A program made the translations under genes and the position numbers. Shown piece after piece: positions 1 through 9,917 of a stretch of DNA of 64,000 nt (within the stretch, counting starts at the first letter, position 1; each line of letters opens with the position of its first letter). The notes beneath the pieces are model-generated. The model was not told the DNA's origin and did no database searches. It saw nothing but the letters and a program-made list of their open reading frames with translations. The stretch comes from Longimicrobiales bacterium (lineage in GTDB: Bacteria; Gemmatimonadota; Gemmatimonadetes; Longimicrobiales; Gaopeijiaceae), in the NCBI GenBank assembly GCA_965238005.1, contig OZ250165.1:256001-320000 (forward strand), in the 5' to 3' direction.

Positions 1-838
1 GGACCCGCAACCCGACGGCACCCACCACCACCACCCGACCCCGATCGCGGCAGATCTCCCCGGCCAGCTCCACCGGTTCGTTGCTGGAGGTGGCAGCCGT
101 CAGCAGCACCGCGTCCACGCCCCGCCCTCCGCTGAAGGTCATGGCAGCCGAGATCGGATCTTCGCGATCGGCGCCGGATTCGATCGCGACGTCCACCCCG
201 AGGTCTCGTGCGAGGGCAACCCGCGACGCATCCACGTCAATGCCAATCACACGGCACCCCGCTGCCCGGGCCATCTGGACAGTGAGGAGCCCGATCAGGC
301 CGAGCCCGACGACCGCGACGGACTCACCGAGCTGCACATCCGCGAGCCGAATGCCCTGGAGCCCAACGGCACCAACCGTCGTGAACGCCGCCGCCTCCAG
401 AGACACACCATCGGGCAGGGGCGTCACCAGGTTCCTCGGCACTGAGATGATCTCGGCGTGCGACGCGTATCCGGCACCCGCGCAGGCCACCTGGTCCCCG
501 GCGCGGACGCCTTCGACACCGTCCCCCACTTCCAGGACACGGCCAGCGGCGGAGTATCCCAACGCAAGGGGCTGTCGAAGCCGACTTCGGGCGGCCTCCC
601 ATGCGCTCCGCGGACCATCCGCCCAGGCCTTAGCCACAACCTTCTTCACGAGGTCCGGCCGGGCTCGGGCCTTTTGGAGGAGGCTCTTCTTGGAGAACTC
701 GACGGTCTTGCGCTCCGTCCCCGCCGACACTAGCGACGCGGCGTTGCGGACCAGCACGAACCCCGGGCCAACCTGCGGCGCCGGAACGTCCTCCACCCGG
801 GGCTCGCCGGTGTCGGCGGATTGAAGCAGTTGCTTCAC
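1..838 (-). CDS. Bi-domain oxidoreductase (Zn-binding dehydrogenase N-terminal part, usually fused to Gfo/Idh/MocA), partial at window edge
   Basis: Manual minus-strand translation from GTG at 838: MKQLLQSADTGEPRVEDVPAP...SLVSAGTER...LGYSAAG, followed by a VVGLGLIG Rossmann motif. Absent from the ORF track because it runs off the window. Confidence 0.85.
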   Translation of the reverse strand, partial: MKQLLQSADTGEPRVEDVPAPQVGPGFVLVRNAASLVSAGTERKTVEFSKKSLLQKARARPDLVKKVVAKAWADGPRSAWEAARSRLRQPLALGYSAAGRVLEVGDGVEGVRAGDQVACAGAGYASHAEIISVPRNLVTPLPDGVSLEAAAFTTVGAVGLQGIRLADVQLGESVAVVGLGLIGLLTVQMARAAGCRVIGIDVDASRVALARDLGVDVAIESGADREDPISAAMTFSGGRGVDAVLLTAATSSNEPVELAGEICRDRGRVVVVGAVGLRV

Positions 839-1923
839 TTCCCGTAGCCTTCTGGAAGCCCTCGCGAGGCCGTGCTGCCCGCGCGAACCCCCGGGGTCAG
901 TAGGTGGATTTCGTCGTCGGAGTTCTTAGGGATCCAAAGCTGTGCGAGCAGTTGTCTGACCGACACTTCGACGAAGTGTTTCACATCGGCGCTACATACC
1001 AAGGAGCTCATTCGATCATACCCTTCAACGGGTGCACTTTCATCAAGTGTTGAATGACGGGGAAAGCTCAAACTCGAACGCCGGGGGGACAAACGTATCT
1101 AGTGGACGCGCGATTTCAAGTGGCCTGCCTGGGGGCGATACCCCTTGAGCTTGCGGACATCTCAGTTTGGCACTCGTGTTCCACAGCCCCCATGTCTCAT
1201 GCGGGAAATGGACCTGAAGCCACCGCGAAACGTATGAACCCCGTCACAGAACCCTCGAATCCGTTCTTTCATCGTCGAAGCTGCCCTCGGGTCTTCCACA
1301 CGCCTTGACGCCAGCCCTTTCAATCAGTTCCTGTCGGAAACCCAAAGCGTTACTGAGGCCCCTCCTCAACTCCGATCCGGACCTAGAAGATCGCTGGGAG
1401 GGACGGCTCGCCGCCCACTCAAGCCTCTCGGGCATGGACTTGGCGAATAGTCGGCCGACAGGTCCACACTGCTCACGCGGCCGGATCCGGCTCTAGCACT
1501 CGACGGCGAGTGGAACAGGCTCGTCCAAGAGCTAGAACGGGGCCGGGCGCGGCGCGAGGTAGTGGCTCAGTCACTCGACTATGCGACCTAGGTCGTGTGC
1601 CACCTCGCCCGGCCTCCCTTCGCCCCTCGAGCGCCTGACCCTGTTCGTGCCTCCGCCTCGTGTCCACCGCTCGCACTAACGCCCGGCTTCGGGCCCCACG
1701 AGTTCGAAAAGTGAAGGTTCGCCTTGACCTAACAGGCCAGACGGGCTTAGCCATTCGGCCACGTCGATCCGCCCATCCGCACATCCCCCCTTCGCGCCAC
1801 GCCATCCGAGGTCCTGGACACGTCCCTCTGGCCGGCGGCGCCAACCTTTGTTGCATGGCCCACTCGAGTGATGCCATATATATGGACTCAACATCCGTGT
1901 GGGGAGCCCAAGAAGACCCGATC

Positions 1924-2940
1924 ATGAGCCGCCAGTTGTTTCAGTACCACACGGTGATGGGCTACCACTTCATCCCCGGAATCAGGGCACGCATTGACCA
2001 TGAAGGTGGCGGGTATCTGGTACGGGCCAACGGATCGGGCTTCCGGTGCGAGCACGAGTTCAGTGCCGCGAAGCCGCCGTCCGTCTTCCGGATCCTGCTG
2101 TTCGGCGACTCGTTCACAGCGGGCGACGGCGTCAGCAACAAGCACCGCTACGGCGACGTGCTCGAAAGAGCCCTGCCCGGCAGCCAGGTATTCAACTTTG
2201 GCCTTCCGGGCACGGGCACCGACCAGCAGTACCTGATCTATCGAGAGCTGGCGGCGGGGCTGGAGCACGACCTTGTCGTCGTCGGCGTCGTGGTCGAAAA
2301 CATTTGACGCGTCGTTGCCCGCTATCGCCCTTACGCCACACAGGATGGGAAGGAGATCTTCCTCGCGAAACCGTACTTTACCCGGTCGCGGGGGGGCGAG
2401 CTTCTGCTCCACCATGTTCCTGTGCCGAAGGAGTTCGTTGCCCCGGAGAAGGTGGATTCAAAGGAGAGGGCTCACTTCGACCGCGGTGGTCGGTTTGCTT
2501 CATTGCGCCGGATGGTGAACCGTCTCGGACCACGGTTCAAGGCCTCTGCGCAGCGCGTCACCCGGTACCAGCCGCTCCCCGGCTACAACAGTCCGGCGGA
2601 CCCAGCTTGGAAGCTCATGAAGGCGATCCTCGCCACGTGGGCGAGCGAGAGCCGGGCACCGCTGATGATCGTCCCGATTCCGATCTACATGTACGTGGAG
2701 GAGACCGCCTCCCCGAAAGCCTACCAGGCACGCTTCCGGGAGCTGGAAGCCCTTTCGGGGGTCACGGTTCACGATCCTCTCCCCGCCTTCCACGCACTGC
2801 CGCCCGATCAGCGACGGTCTCTGCGATTTCCGCAGGACGTGCATCCCACGCCCGAGTTTCACCGAATCCTCGCGGAGTCACTAGCAACTCGCATCACAAC
2901 GTTCAAGGAACTCGAGCAGGCCAACGAAGCATGCCGGTAA
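1924..2940 (+). pseudogene. SGNH/GDSL hydrolase-family protein with in-frame TGA at 2305-2307
   Basis: FGDSFTAG and NFGLPGTG blocks, C-terminal DVHP. ORFs 1660-2307 and 2422-2940 share one frame, interrupted only by ENI*RVVARY. Confidence 0.8.
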
Positions 2941-4769
2941 TCGTCCTCGGGATTTCCGCCTTCTACCACGACTCGGCGGCGGCCATCGTCCGGGACGGGG
3001 AGATCGTCGCTGCGGCCCAGGAGGAGCGCTTCTCGCGGAAGAAACACGATCCGCGGTTTCCCCGCAACGCGATCAACTACTGCCTCGAGGAGGCATTCAT
3101 CGAGCCCGACGAGTTGGACGCGGTGGTTTTCTACGACAACCCCGTGTTGAGCTTCGATCGGATCATCAAGTCTCTGCTCACGATGGCCCCGGGCAGCGAG
3201 AACCAGTGGCTTAGAGCGGCGCGCTCGTTCCTCGGCGTCAAGCCCTTCGTGACGGGCTACGTCCGGAGGATGCTCAAGGTCGAAGTTCCGGTGATGTTCA
3301 CGCGCCACCACCTGGCCCACGCCGCATCCGCGTTCTACCCGTCCCCTTTCGAGCGGGCCGCCATCCTAACGATCGACGGTGTCGGTGAGTGGGCCACCAC
3401 CAGCGTCGCCTGGGGCGAGGGTACAGAAATCACGACGCTGGACGAAATCCATTACCCGCACTCACTCGGCCTGCTCTATAGCGCGTTCACGTATTATTGC
3501 GGCTTCAAGGTGAACTCCGGTGAGTACAAGCTGATGGGCCTGGCGCCGTACGGCGAGCCCCGCTATGTGGATCGGATCCGGGACAAGCTGATCTTCTCGA
3601 AGCCCGACGGATCGTTCCGTCTGGACACCGGCTACTTCGGCTACCTGGAGTCCGCCCTGATGACTAACGAGCACTTTCACGAACTCATGGGGGGGCCACC
3701 GCGAAAACCGGAGTCCCGGATCACCCGGCGAGAAATGGACATCGCGGCGTCCATCCAGAAGGTCACCGAGGAGATCGTCGTGGGCCTAGCCCGGCACACC
3801 CGAGAGACCACCGGCATGAAGAACCTAGCCCTCGCCGGCGGTGTGGCCCTCAACTGCGTGGCCAATAGTGTGCTGTTGCGCGAGGGGATCTTTGATCGAA
3901 TCTGGATTCAGCCCGCAGCCGGCGACGCCGGCGGCGCCCTCGGGGCGGCGCTCCTGGGTTCGCACCGGCGGTTCGGCGTGCCACGGAAGATCCTGGCCTC
4001 CGGCCAGGACGCGCAAATGGGAAGTTACCTCGGCCCCAGTTACACCCCGGCGGAGGTGCAAGCCTTCCTCGATCGACATGACTACCCGTACGAGGTCGTG
4101 GAGGACACCAAGGAGCGCGCTGAGAGGATTGCCGGGCTGCTCGCCCACGGGAAGGCGGTCGGTCACCACTCTGGGCGTATGGAGTTCGGACCGCGCGCAC
4201 TCGGTGCACGCTCGATCCTGGGCGATCCGCGGCGCGCGGACACTCAGTTGCTAATGAATATCAAGATCAAGTACCGCGAGTCGTTCCGCCCCTTCGCCCC
4301 CTCGGTGCTTGCGGAGCGCTCGAGCGACTACTTCGAGATGGAGGGTGAAAGTCCCTACATGTTGCTCGTGGCGCCGGTCTGCGAGAAGCGACGAATCGCC
4401 ATGGACCGCTCGGCATTTGACGCGGGCGACGACGATCTTCTCGCCGTCGTGCGCCTGGAGCGGAGCGACATCCCGGCGGTAACCCATTTCGACTACAGCG
4501 CCCGAATCCAGACCGTGAGCCGCAAGGACCACCCGGTCTACTATGCGGTGATCGAGGCATTCGAACGCATGACCGGTTGTCCCGTAGTGGTGAACACCTC
4601 CTTCAACGTTCGCGGGGAGCCCATCGTCTGCTCCCCACAGGACGCTTACCGCTGTTTCATGCGGACCGCGATGGACGCCCTTGTTCTGGAGGACTTTCTC
4701 CTTCTCAAGAGCCAGCAGCCGAAGTTCGAGGACGACGAGTCCTGGAAGGACCGATATGAGCTCGATTGA
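2931..4769 (+). CDS. Carbamoyltransferase (CmcH/NodU family)
   Basis: LGISAFYHDSAA, HHLAHAASAF, GGVALNC, GPRALG.RS and NTSFN motifs. Start MPVIVLG overlaps the SGNH stop. Confidence 0.95.
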   Translation: MPVIVLGISAFYHDSAAAIVRDGEIVAAAQEERFSRKKHDPRFPRNAINYCLEEAFIEPDELDAVVFYDNPVLSFDRIIKSLLTMAPGSENQWLRAARSFLGVKPFVTGYVRRMLKVEVPVMFTRHHLAHAASAFYPSPFERAAILTIDGVGEWATTSVAWGEGTEITTLDEIHYPHSLGLLYSAFTYYCGFKVNSGEYKLMGLAPYGEPRYVDRIRDKLIFSKPDGSFRLDTGYFGYLESALMTNEHFHELMGGPPRKPESRITRREMDIAASIQKVTEEIVVGLARHTRETTGMKNLALAGGVALNCVANSVLLREGIFDRIWIQPAAGDAGGALGAALLGSHRRFGVPRKILASGQDAQMGSYLGPSYTPAEVQAFLDRHDYPYEVVEDTKERAERIAGLLAHGKAVGHHSGRMEFGPRALGARSILGDPRRADTQLLMNIKIKYRESFRPFAPSVLAERSSDYFEMEGESPYMLLVAPVCEKRRIAMDRSAFDAGDDDLLAVVRLERSDIPAVTHFDYSARIQTVSRKDHPVYYAVIEAFERMTGCPVVVNTSFNVRGEPIVCSPQDAYRCFMRTAMDALVLEDFLLLKSQQPKFEDDESWKDRYELD

Positions 4770-5100
4770 CCGTTGCCTTCCCGAAAAACGCCTGCGGCAG
4801 TTCTACAAGGAGCGCCTGACGGTCGCCGCCGAGAAGCTGCGAGAACGGAAGGTGAGGCTCATGCCTCTCGGACCCGAGCCGAACAGCGGCACGTGGTACG
4901 TCGCCCTCTCGCCGGACGAACCGGAGTTCATCGAGTTCGAAGGGGAACAATGGGGGTCGACCCTGCGCGCGCTGTGGGAAGCTCAAGGCTTACCCGAGCT
5001 CACCGAGTTGGCCGAACCCCTCGCCGAGCTTGCTCGCGAAATGGAACTCGGCGAAGACGAGTCGAGCGATGTCTCCCCGTTTATCTATGTCATGTACTGA
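4756..5100 (+). CDS. Hypothetical protein ending in a PFIY motif (SxtK/DUF5989-like C-terminus)
   Basis: ATG overlaps the carbamoyltransferase end; protein ends SDVSPFIYVMY. Confidence 0.6.
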   Translation: MSSIDRCLPEKRLRQFYKERLTVAAEKLRERKVRLMPLGPEPNSGTWYVALSPDEPEFIEFEGEQWGSTLRALWEAQGLPELTELAEPLAELAREMELGEDESSDVSPFIYVMY

Positions 5101-5112
5101 AAGACCGGCCTC

Positions 5113-6282
5113 ATGACGGCCGACGTTGCCGAAGAGAGGGACTGGGTCGGCTCCCTCCACGGGCCCTTTCGGGAAGCGTTCTGCGACTCGATTCGAGCGC
5201 TTTCTCTGGCCCGCCTCCAGAAATACCCGACTCCTAAGAACGCGGGTCTTCCGTTCGGCCAAGAGGCTCGCGTCCTCCAACGCTTTCTGTCCGGACGGAG
5301 CTCGCTGCTCGATCCCTCGGGTCTGTCCCGCGCCTACCTTTCCCTCGCATCGAGCCGGGACCGGCTTCTCTACCGAGCGTTCATCCTGGGGCAGGCTCTG
5401 CCCCGGGCCTGGTGGCTGGACGCGATCGGCTCGGACGCGGTTGCTGGCTGGCTGGATCGCTCCCTCCTGTTGACGACGCCGGAGGGGAACCTGTGCTGCC
5501 GCTTCCGGGTCATCGCGGTGGGAGACGTGACCGTGGTGGCCGATCACGAGAACCCCTCGCTTCCGAACCGCGTTCACATCGGCCAGGACTCTCTCAACTT
5601 GCTCGAGTTTCTTCTTCGCGAGGCGCCGACCGAGGCCGGGCGATTCCTGGACGTAGGCACCGGCTCCGGCCTCATCCTCCTTGCCATGGCCCGAGGCCGC
5701 GACGAAGCTCTGGGGATCGACATCAACCCCCGGGCCGTGACTCTCGCGCGGGTCAACGCCGCGCTCAACCGGAGCCGCGGGTGTAGGGTGGAAGAGAAAA
5801 ACGCCCTCGGGCTCGGATCCTCGGAAGGAGCCTTCGACCTCGTGACCTGGAATGCGCCCTTCATGTTCTTGCCGGAAGGCGAGAGGGACCGGCACGTCGA
5901 CGGGTACGGAGGCCACCTGGGCATCGCGTTGACCCTGGATTTCGTCGAGCGTCTTCCCAACCTTCTCGGCGCGAACGGTGTCGCCTACATCCTTACCTCC
6001 GCGCCCGTTCTCCAGACGGGCGAGAACAAACTGGAAACGGAAATCGCCGCACGTGCGGAGCGGCTCAACCTAGACGTCGTCGCTCACGTGTTGCAGGCGT
6101 TCTGGAACCCGGCCCTTCGAGAGTTTCACCGGCGTCACGCGATTCGCCACTTCGAGAGCGTGATCTTGAAGATTTCTTTGGGAGGAGGCCGCGTGCGACG
6201 TATCGCCCCACCCATGAGCAGGAGGGCCGTCGACGCCGCACGCTCGTGGCTTTATGGCGCTCTCGGGAGCGCAAAGCCGTGA
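5113..6282 (+). CDS. Class I SAM-dependent methyltransferase (HemK/MTS-like)
   Basis: LDVGTGSG motif I, DINPRA, and NAPF (NPPF-like) motif. Confidence 0.85.
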   Translation: MTADVAEERDWVGSLHGPFREAFCDSIRALSLARLQKYPTPKNAGLPFGQEARVLQRFLSGRSSLLDPSGLSRAYLSLASSRDRLLYRAFILGQALPRAWWLDAIGSDAVAGWLDRSLLLTTPEGNLCCRFRVIAVGDVTVVADHENPSLPNRVHIGQDSLNLLEFLLREAPTEAGRFLDVGTGSGLILLAMARGRDEALGIDINPRAVTLARVNAALNRSRGCRVEEKNALGLGSSEGAFDLVTWNAPFMFLPEGERDRHVDGYGGHLGIALTLDFVERLPNLLGANGVAYILTSAPVLQTGENKLETEIAARAERLNLDVVAHVLQAFWNPALREFHRRHAIRHFESVILKISLGGGRVRRIAPPMSRRAVDAARSWLYGALGSAKP

Positions 6283-7172
6283 GGCGAGTCTTCCGCTCCC
6301 TTTTCGTGGAGTTCGGAGTTCGGTCCGGTGGTGCTCGGTGGTTCCTCCATTCCATGAAGAGCAGGACGAGACGGGAGCCGCGCCCTCTCGTGCGCGTTGT
6401 GAACCTACACGGCACGCCGGCCCGGGACCGGGAGCGCTTTCGCAGACAGGTCGAATGGGTCTGCAGGCACTTCACGCCCGTCAATGCGCAGGCCCTCAGC
6501 TCTCTCTGGGAGACCGGCACCGAGCCGGTCCCGAAGGGAGAAAAGCCGTGGGTGCTCTTCACATTCGATGATGGCCTGGCCAGTAACTACCATATCGCGG
6601 CGCCGGTCTTGGAGTCGATGAACGCCACGGGCCTTTTCTTCGTGGTTCCTGGCTTCTCCCAGTGCAAAGACGATGAGGCAAGGTCTTTTTACTACCATCG
6701 ACTGATGGGCGTATCTGGGTCCTCCCTCGTTGACAGCGCTCCGGAGGAATGGACTCCCATGTCCCCGGAGCAGATCGCCGAGCTTGCCTCGCGGGGGCAC
6801 GATATCGGCAACCACACGTTCTCTCATTCAAGGCTCAACAGGGTGCCGGTATCCGAGCTTCATAAGGAGATCGTGGAGAGCGCGCGGGTCATTCGCCAGT
6901 GGACGAGCAAAGACGTCGACACCTTCACCTGGACCTTCTCCTGGGAGTCGATCAACGCGGAAGCCTGGAAGGTCGCAGGGGACCATCATTCCCTCGTCTT
7001 CGCTCCTTGTCCTGGAACGTTGGACCCCGCTCTGGACTCACCCAAGCTGATCTGGCGCTCCAACGTGGAGGCATGGTACGGCCGCTCCGAGTACCGGTTC
7101 ATGTACTCGGGCCTCGCGGATCCGTTCTGGCGCTCCCGCAGAAACCGACTGCAAGACATGCTCGGAACGTGA
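6279..7172 (+). CDS. Polysaccharide deacetylase (NodB/CE4)
   Basis: TFDDG and IGNHTFSH motifs; GTGA overlap with the upstream gene. Confidence 0.88.
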   Translation: MRRVFRSLFVEFGVRSGGARWFLHSMKSRTRREPRPLVRVVNLHGTPARDRERFRRQVEWVCRHFTPVNAQALSSLWETGTEPVPKGEKPWVLFTFDDGLASNYHIAAPVLESMNATGLFFVVPGFSQCKDDEARSFYYHRLMGVSGSSLVDSAPEEWTPMSPEQIAELASRGHDIGNHTFSHSRLNRVPVSELHKEIVESARVIRQWTSKDVDTFTWTFSWESINAEAWKVAGDHHSLVFAPCPGTLDPALDSPKLIWRSNVEAWYGRSEYRFMYSGLADPFWRSRRNRLQDMLGT

Positions 7173-7696
7173 GTGCGTCGGGCTTTGCCTTCGCCCTGAG
7201 AGTCCGTAGTCGTCCGCCTCGCCAACCCCCACACGCCCACTGCGGCAAGAAACGGCAGATTCGGAAAGAGAAGCGGAGCGTTGTTTATGATGCGTTAATT
7301 CCCCTCGGGAACTGCTTTGGCATGCTTGACAAACCCAAAGAGCCGGCCTAAACAACACGGGACAAAGACTTCAGTGAGTTCGGCATGCTGGGGAGCGCGG
7401 CTCGGCTCAAACTGGAGGACCGGGAGTCATATCGTTCACTCGACCGAAGAGGCGACCTGGTGGTCCAGCCGCCGCGTGCGGTGAAAGCGCTGCGTCGCGA
7501 TGCCATCCTGATCACCACGTTCCGTCACGTCCAGGACATCCGCCTCCGCCTGGACCACACATTTCCTCCCCGCGTCCCGTTGGTCGAACTATGAACGCGC
7601 ATCAAGAGAGAAGGGTGTGGGCGGCCCTATTCCTCGCCTCCACGGAGCCAACGATGGCCCCGACCTCGGAATCCTCCATGGTGCTGGGGGCCTAGG

Positions 7697-8530
7697 ATGA
7701 GATCGGGAGCGGCGTGGAAGCCAGAGGGGGCCCACCCCTCCGTCAACGATGTGCAGCGGTGGTGGGACCAGGCAGCCTGCGGGACGCAGTTCACCGAAGC
7801 GGAGAAGTTCTCGGAAGACTATTTTGAACAAATCGAAAAAGCGCGCTACGGACTCGAGCCCATGATCCTCGACTTCGCCGACTTCCCGGGCGCTCGAGAC
7901 AGGGACGTATTGGAGGTTGGCGTCGGGGCCGGAACCGACTTCGTGAACTGGGTGCGCCACGGAGCTAGAGCTCACGGGGTCGACCTCACACTCGAGGCCA
8001 TCGAGCATACTCGGCGGAGACTCCAGATGGAGCGGCTGGAGCCCGCCGCACTAGAGCAAGCTAATGCGGAGGCGCTGGATTTCGCCGATGCGAGCTTCGA
8101 TCTGGTGTACTCCTGGGGGGTGATCCATCACTCGCCGTCGTCGCAGCGCTCCCTCGCCGAGATCGTTCGGGTCACACGCCCCGGGGGGACGATCAAGCTG
8201 ATGGTGTACCACCGCCACTCCGTCGCCGCTTTCATGGTCTGGCTTCGTCGGTGCGCCCTGCGCGGCCGCCCGGACCGTTCTCTCTCCTACGCGATGGCCC
8301 ATTTCGTCGAAAGCCCGGGGACCCGGGCCTTCACTCAACAGGAAGTTAAGGACCTCCTGGCGCGCCTTCCCGTCAACGACGTGCGCGTTCGGACCGTCCT
8401 GACGTGGTGCGACGTGGCTACGAAGAGTCGCTCACGACTGTATAGGGGGTTCTGCCGCTCCCTGGCAGCACTCGGGGGCGGAGACCGTGTCGGCTGGTTC
8501 ATGCTGATCGAGGCGACGAAGAGCGTATGA
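7697..8530 (+). CDS. Class I SAM-dependent methyltransferase
   Basis: VLEVGVGAG and FDLVYSWGVIHH motifs. Confidence 0.9.
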   Translation: MRSGAAWKPEGAHPSVNDVQRWWDQAACGTQFTEAEKFSEDYFEQIEKARYGLEPMILDFADFPGARDRDVLEVGVGAGTDFVNWVRHGARAHGVDLTLEAIEHTRRRLQMERLEPAALEQANAEALDFADASFDLVYSWGVIHHSPSSQRSLAEIVRVTRPGGTIKLMVYHRHSVAAFMVWLRRCALRGRPDRSLSYAMAHFVESPGTRAFTQQEVKDLLARLPVNDVRVRTVLTWCDVATKSRSRLYRGFCRSLAALGGGDRVGWFMLIEATKSV

Positions 8531-8537
8531 CCAACTG

Positions 8538-8723
8538 ATGTGTGGCATCGCCGGAGTATACCACACCGAAGTTGCGAAGGGCGTCGATCCTGTTCTACTC
8601 GACGCGATGGGATCCGCTCAGGCTCATTGTGGCGCCGATGACGTCGGCGCACACCTGAGCCCCGACCGTCGTGTCGAACTCTCGTTACTCACATCAACCG
8701 CTCTCTGGAGTGGTGTCCCGTGA
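8538..8723 (+). pseudogene. Asparagine synthase (glutamine-hydrolysing) N-terminal remnant
   Basis: Starts MCGIAG with a degenerate HRGPDD (HCGADD); stops after 61 aa. Confidence 0.75.
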
Positions 8724-8829
8724 TCGCTCTCACGGCACGGCGGTCGCACTTCCAGTCCTCAGGCGCCCCCCAGAGATCAGCCAAGAAAAGCTTCATTCCC
8801 CACTCAATCTTGACACGGCCGGAGAGTTA

Positions 8830-9792
8830 ATGATTCCCCCACATTACTTTCAGGTGATTTGTTGTCTCAACTGTAAGTCGAATTTCGACGACGATCGGAA
8901 CCTCGTCGATGCGTTGGCGTGTCCTGGATGCGAATCGGAATATCCCGTCATAGAAGGCGTGCCGGTGCTCCTCCCGAAATCGAGTGATGAAGTAAGTCGA
9001 GTAATCAAGGAATTTTACGACACGGCGTGGGAGAGAGACGAAGCCGGCGTCCTGAAAGCAAAGGTCAGGCACGAAGATCTATCCCCTTACGGCCAACGCT
9101 ACATCAAGAGGAATGAAGCCCGGTTCGCCACGGTGTTCGACCGAGAACAAGACTGCAACTGCGGGTTTTTTCTCGACGTGGGATCCGGGGCCCAACCGAG
9201 GGTACGGCTTGGGAAACACTACGAGTACCATATCTGCGTGGATTTCTCATTGGATGGGCTGATGGAGAGCAGAAAACTGCTCGGCGACAGAGCGATTTGC
9301 GTTTGCGCGTCGATCCTGAATCTTCCGATAAAGGCATCAACATGTGACGGGCTGCTCGCGTCTCACGTCCTTTACCATATCGACAAAGACCTTCAGGCGC
9401 GTGCAGTCCATCAATTGTCCCGGGTCGCTCGCCGCAACGCCAAACTGCTCATCTTTTATGCCAACCCGAATTCATTCGAGCAGATGCTCATGAGGGGATT
9501 AAGAAGAGTAAGACGAAAGAACGCGTCGGAAACGAGAGACAGAAGCAGCTTTTACTACTATGCCCATTCCATAGACTACATGTTGGATGCGCTGTCGAAC
9601 GACTTCGGAAAGGAGAATGTCGAGATTAGATCGCTGCGGGTCTTCTCAAAACCGCTGACAGAACCCGTCCACAATAGGGGGGGATTGCCAAGCTACGTGG
9701 CGATCAACGCCATCGACAGCCTGTTTCGCGTCATGCCGAGAATGGCCACCTATGTGTCCTACCTTGCGAGGAATCGACGCAGGGAGGAATAG
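8830..9792 (+). CDS. Methyltransferase with N-terminal Trm112-like zinc ribbon
   Basis: GGAG RBS before ATG 8830; CLNC...CPGC...YPVIEGVPVLL; LDVGSG. Confidence 0.8.
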   Translation: MIPPHYFQVICCLNCKSNFDDDRNLVDALACPGCESEYPVIEGVPVLLPKSSDEVSRVIKEFYDTAWERDEAGVLKAKVRHEDLSPYGQRYIKRNEARFATVFDREQDCNCGFFLDVGSGAQPRVRLGKHYEYHICVDFSLDGLMESRKLLGDRAICVCASILNLPIKASTCDGLLASHVLYHIDKDLQARAVHQLSRVARRNAKLLIFYANPNSFEQMLMRGLRRVRRKNASETRDRSSFYYYAHSIDYMLDALSNDFGKENVEIRSLRVFSKPLTEPVHNRGGLPSYVAINAIDSLFRVMPRMATYVSYLARNRRREE

Positions 9793-9917
9793 GCATCAGG
9801 GGGCTGTCCGTGAAATCAGGCTTGTGGCAAGACCGGGAGCCACGATCGTAGTCAGTGTCCCATCGCCTGAAGGTCTCTTCGGCGCGAGAATTAAGCGGAT
9901 CTGTCATGGAGGCCTAG

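Noticed and set aside
81..824. 247-aa plus-strand ORF, and similar long antisense ORFs (e.g. 9946-11331, 43857-45278, 60411-61928)
   Set aside because: Shadows of real genes on the opposite strand in high-GC DNA.
835..1092. 85-aa ORF as an acyl carrier protein
   Set aside because: Only a vague resemblance; no DSL phosphopantetheine motif.
2305..2307. In-frame TGA in the SGNH gene as selenocysteine
   Set aside because: No Cys/redox context; ENI*RVV is most simply CGA(Arg) mutated to TGA.
2046..2930. N-terminal extension of the 907-aa carbamoyltransferase ORF
   Set aside because: Overlaps the SGNH gene in another frame; the family-typical start is at 2931.
7385..7594. 69-aa ORF
   Set aside because: Possibly a C-terminal remnant (DAILITTF) but too short to assign.
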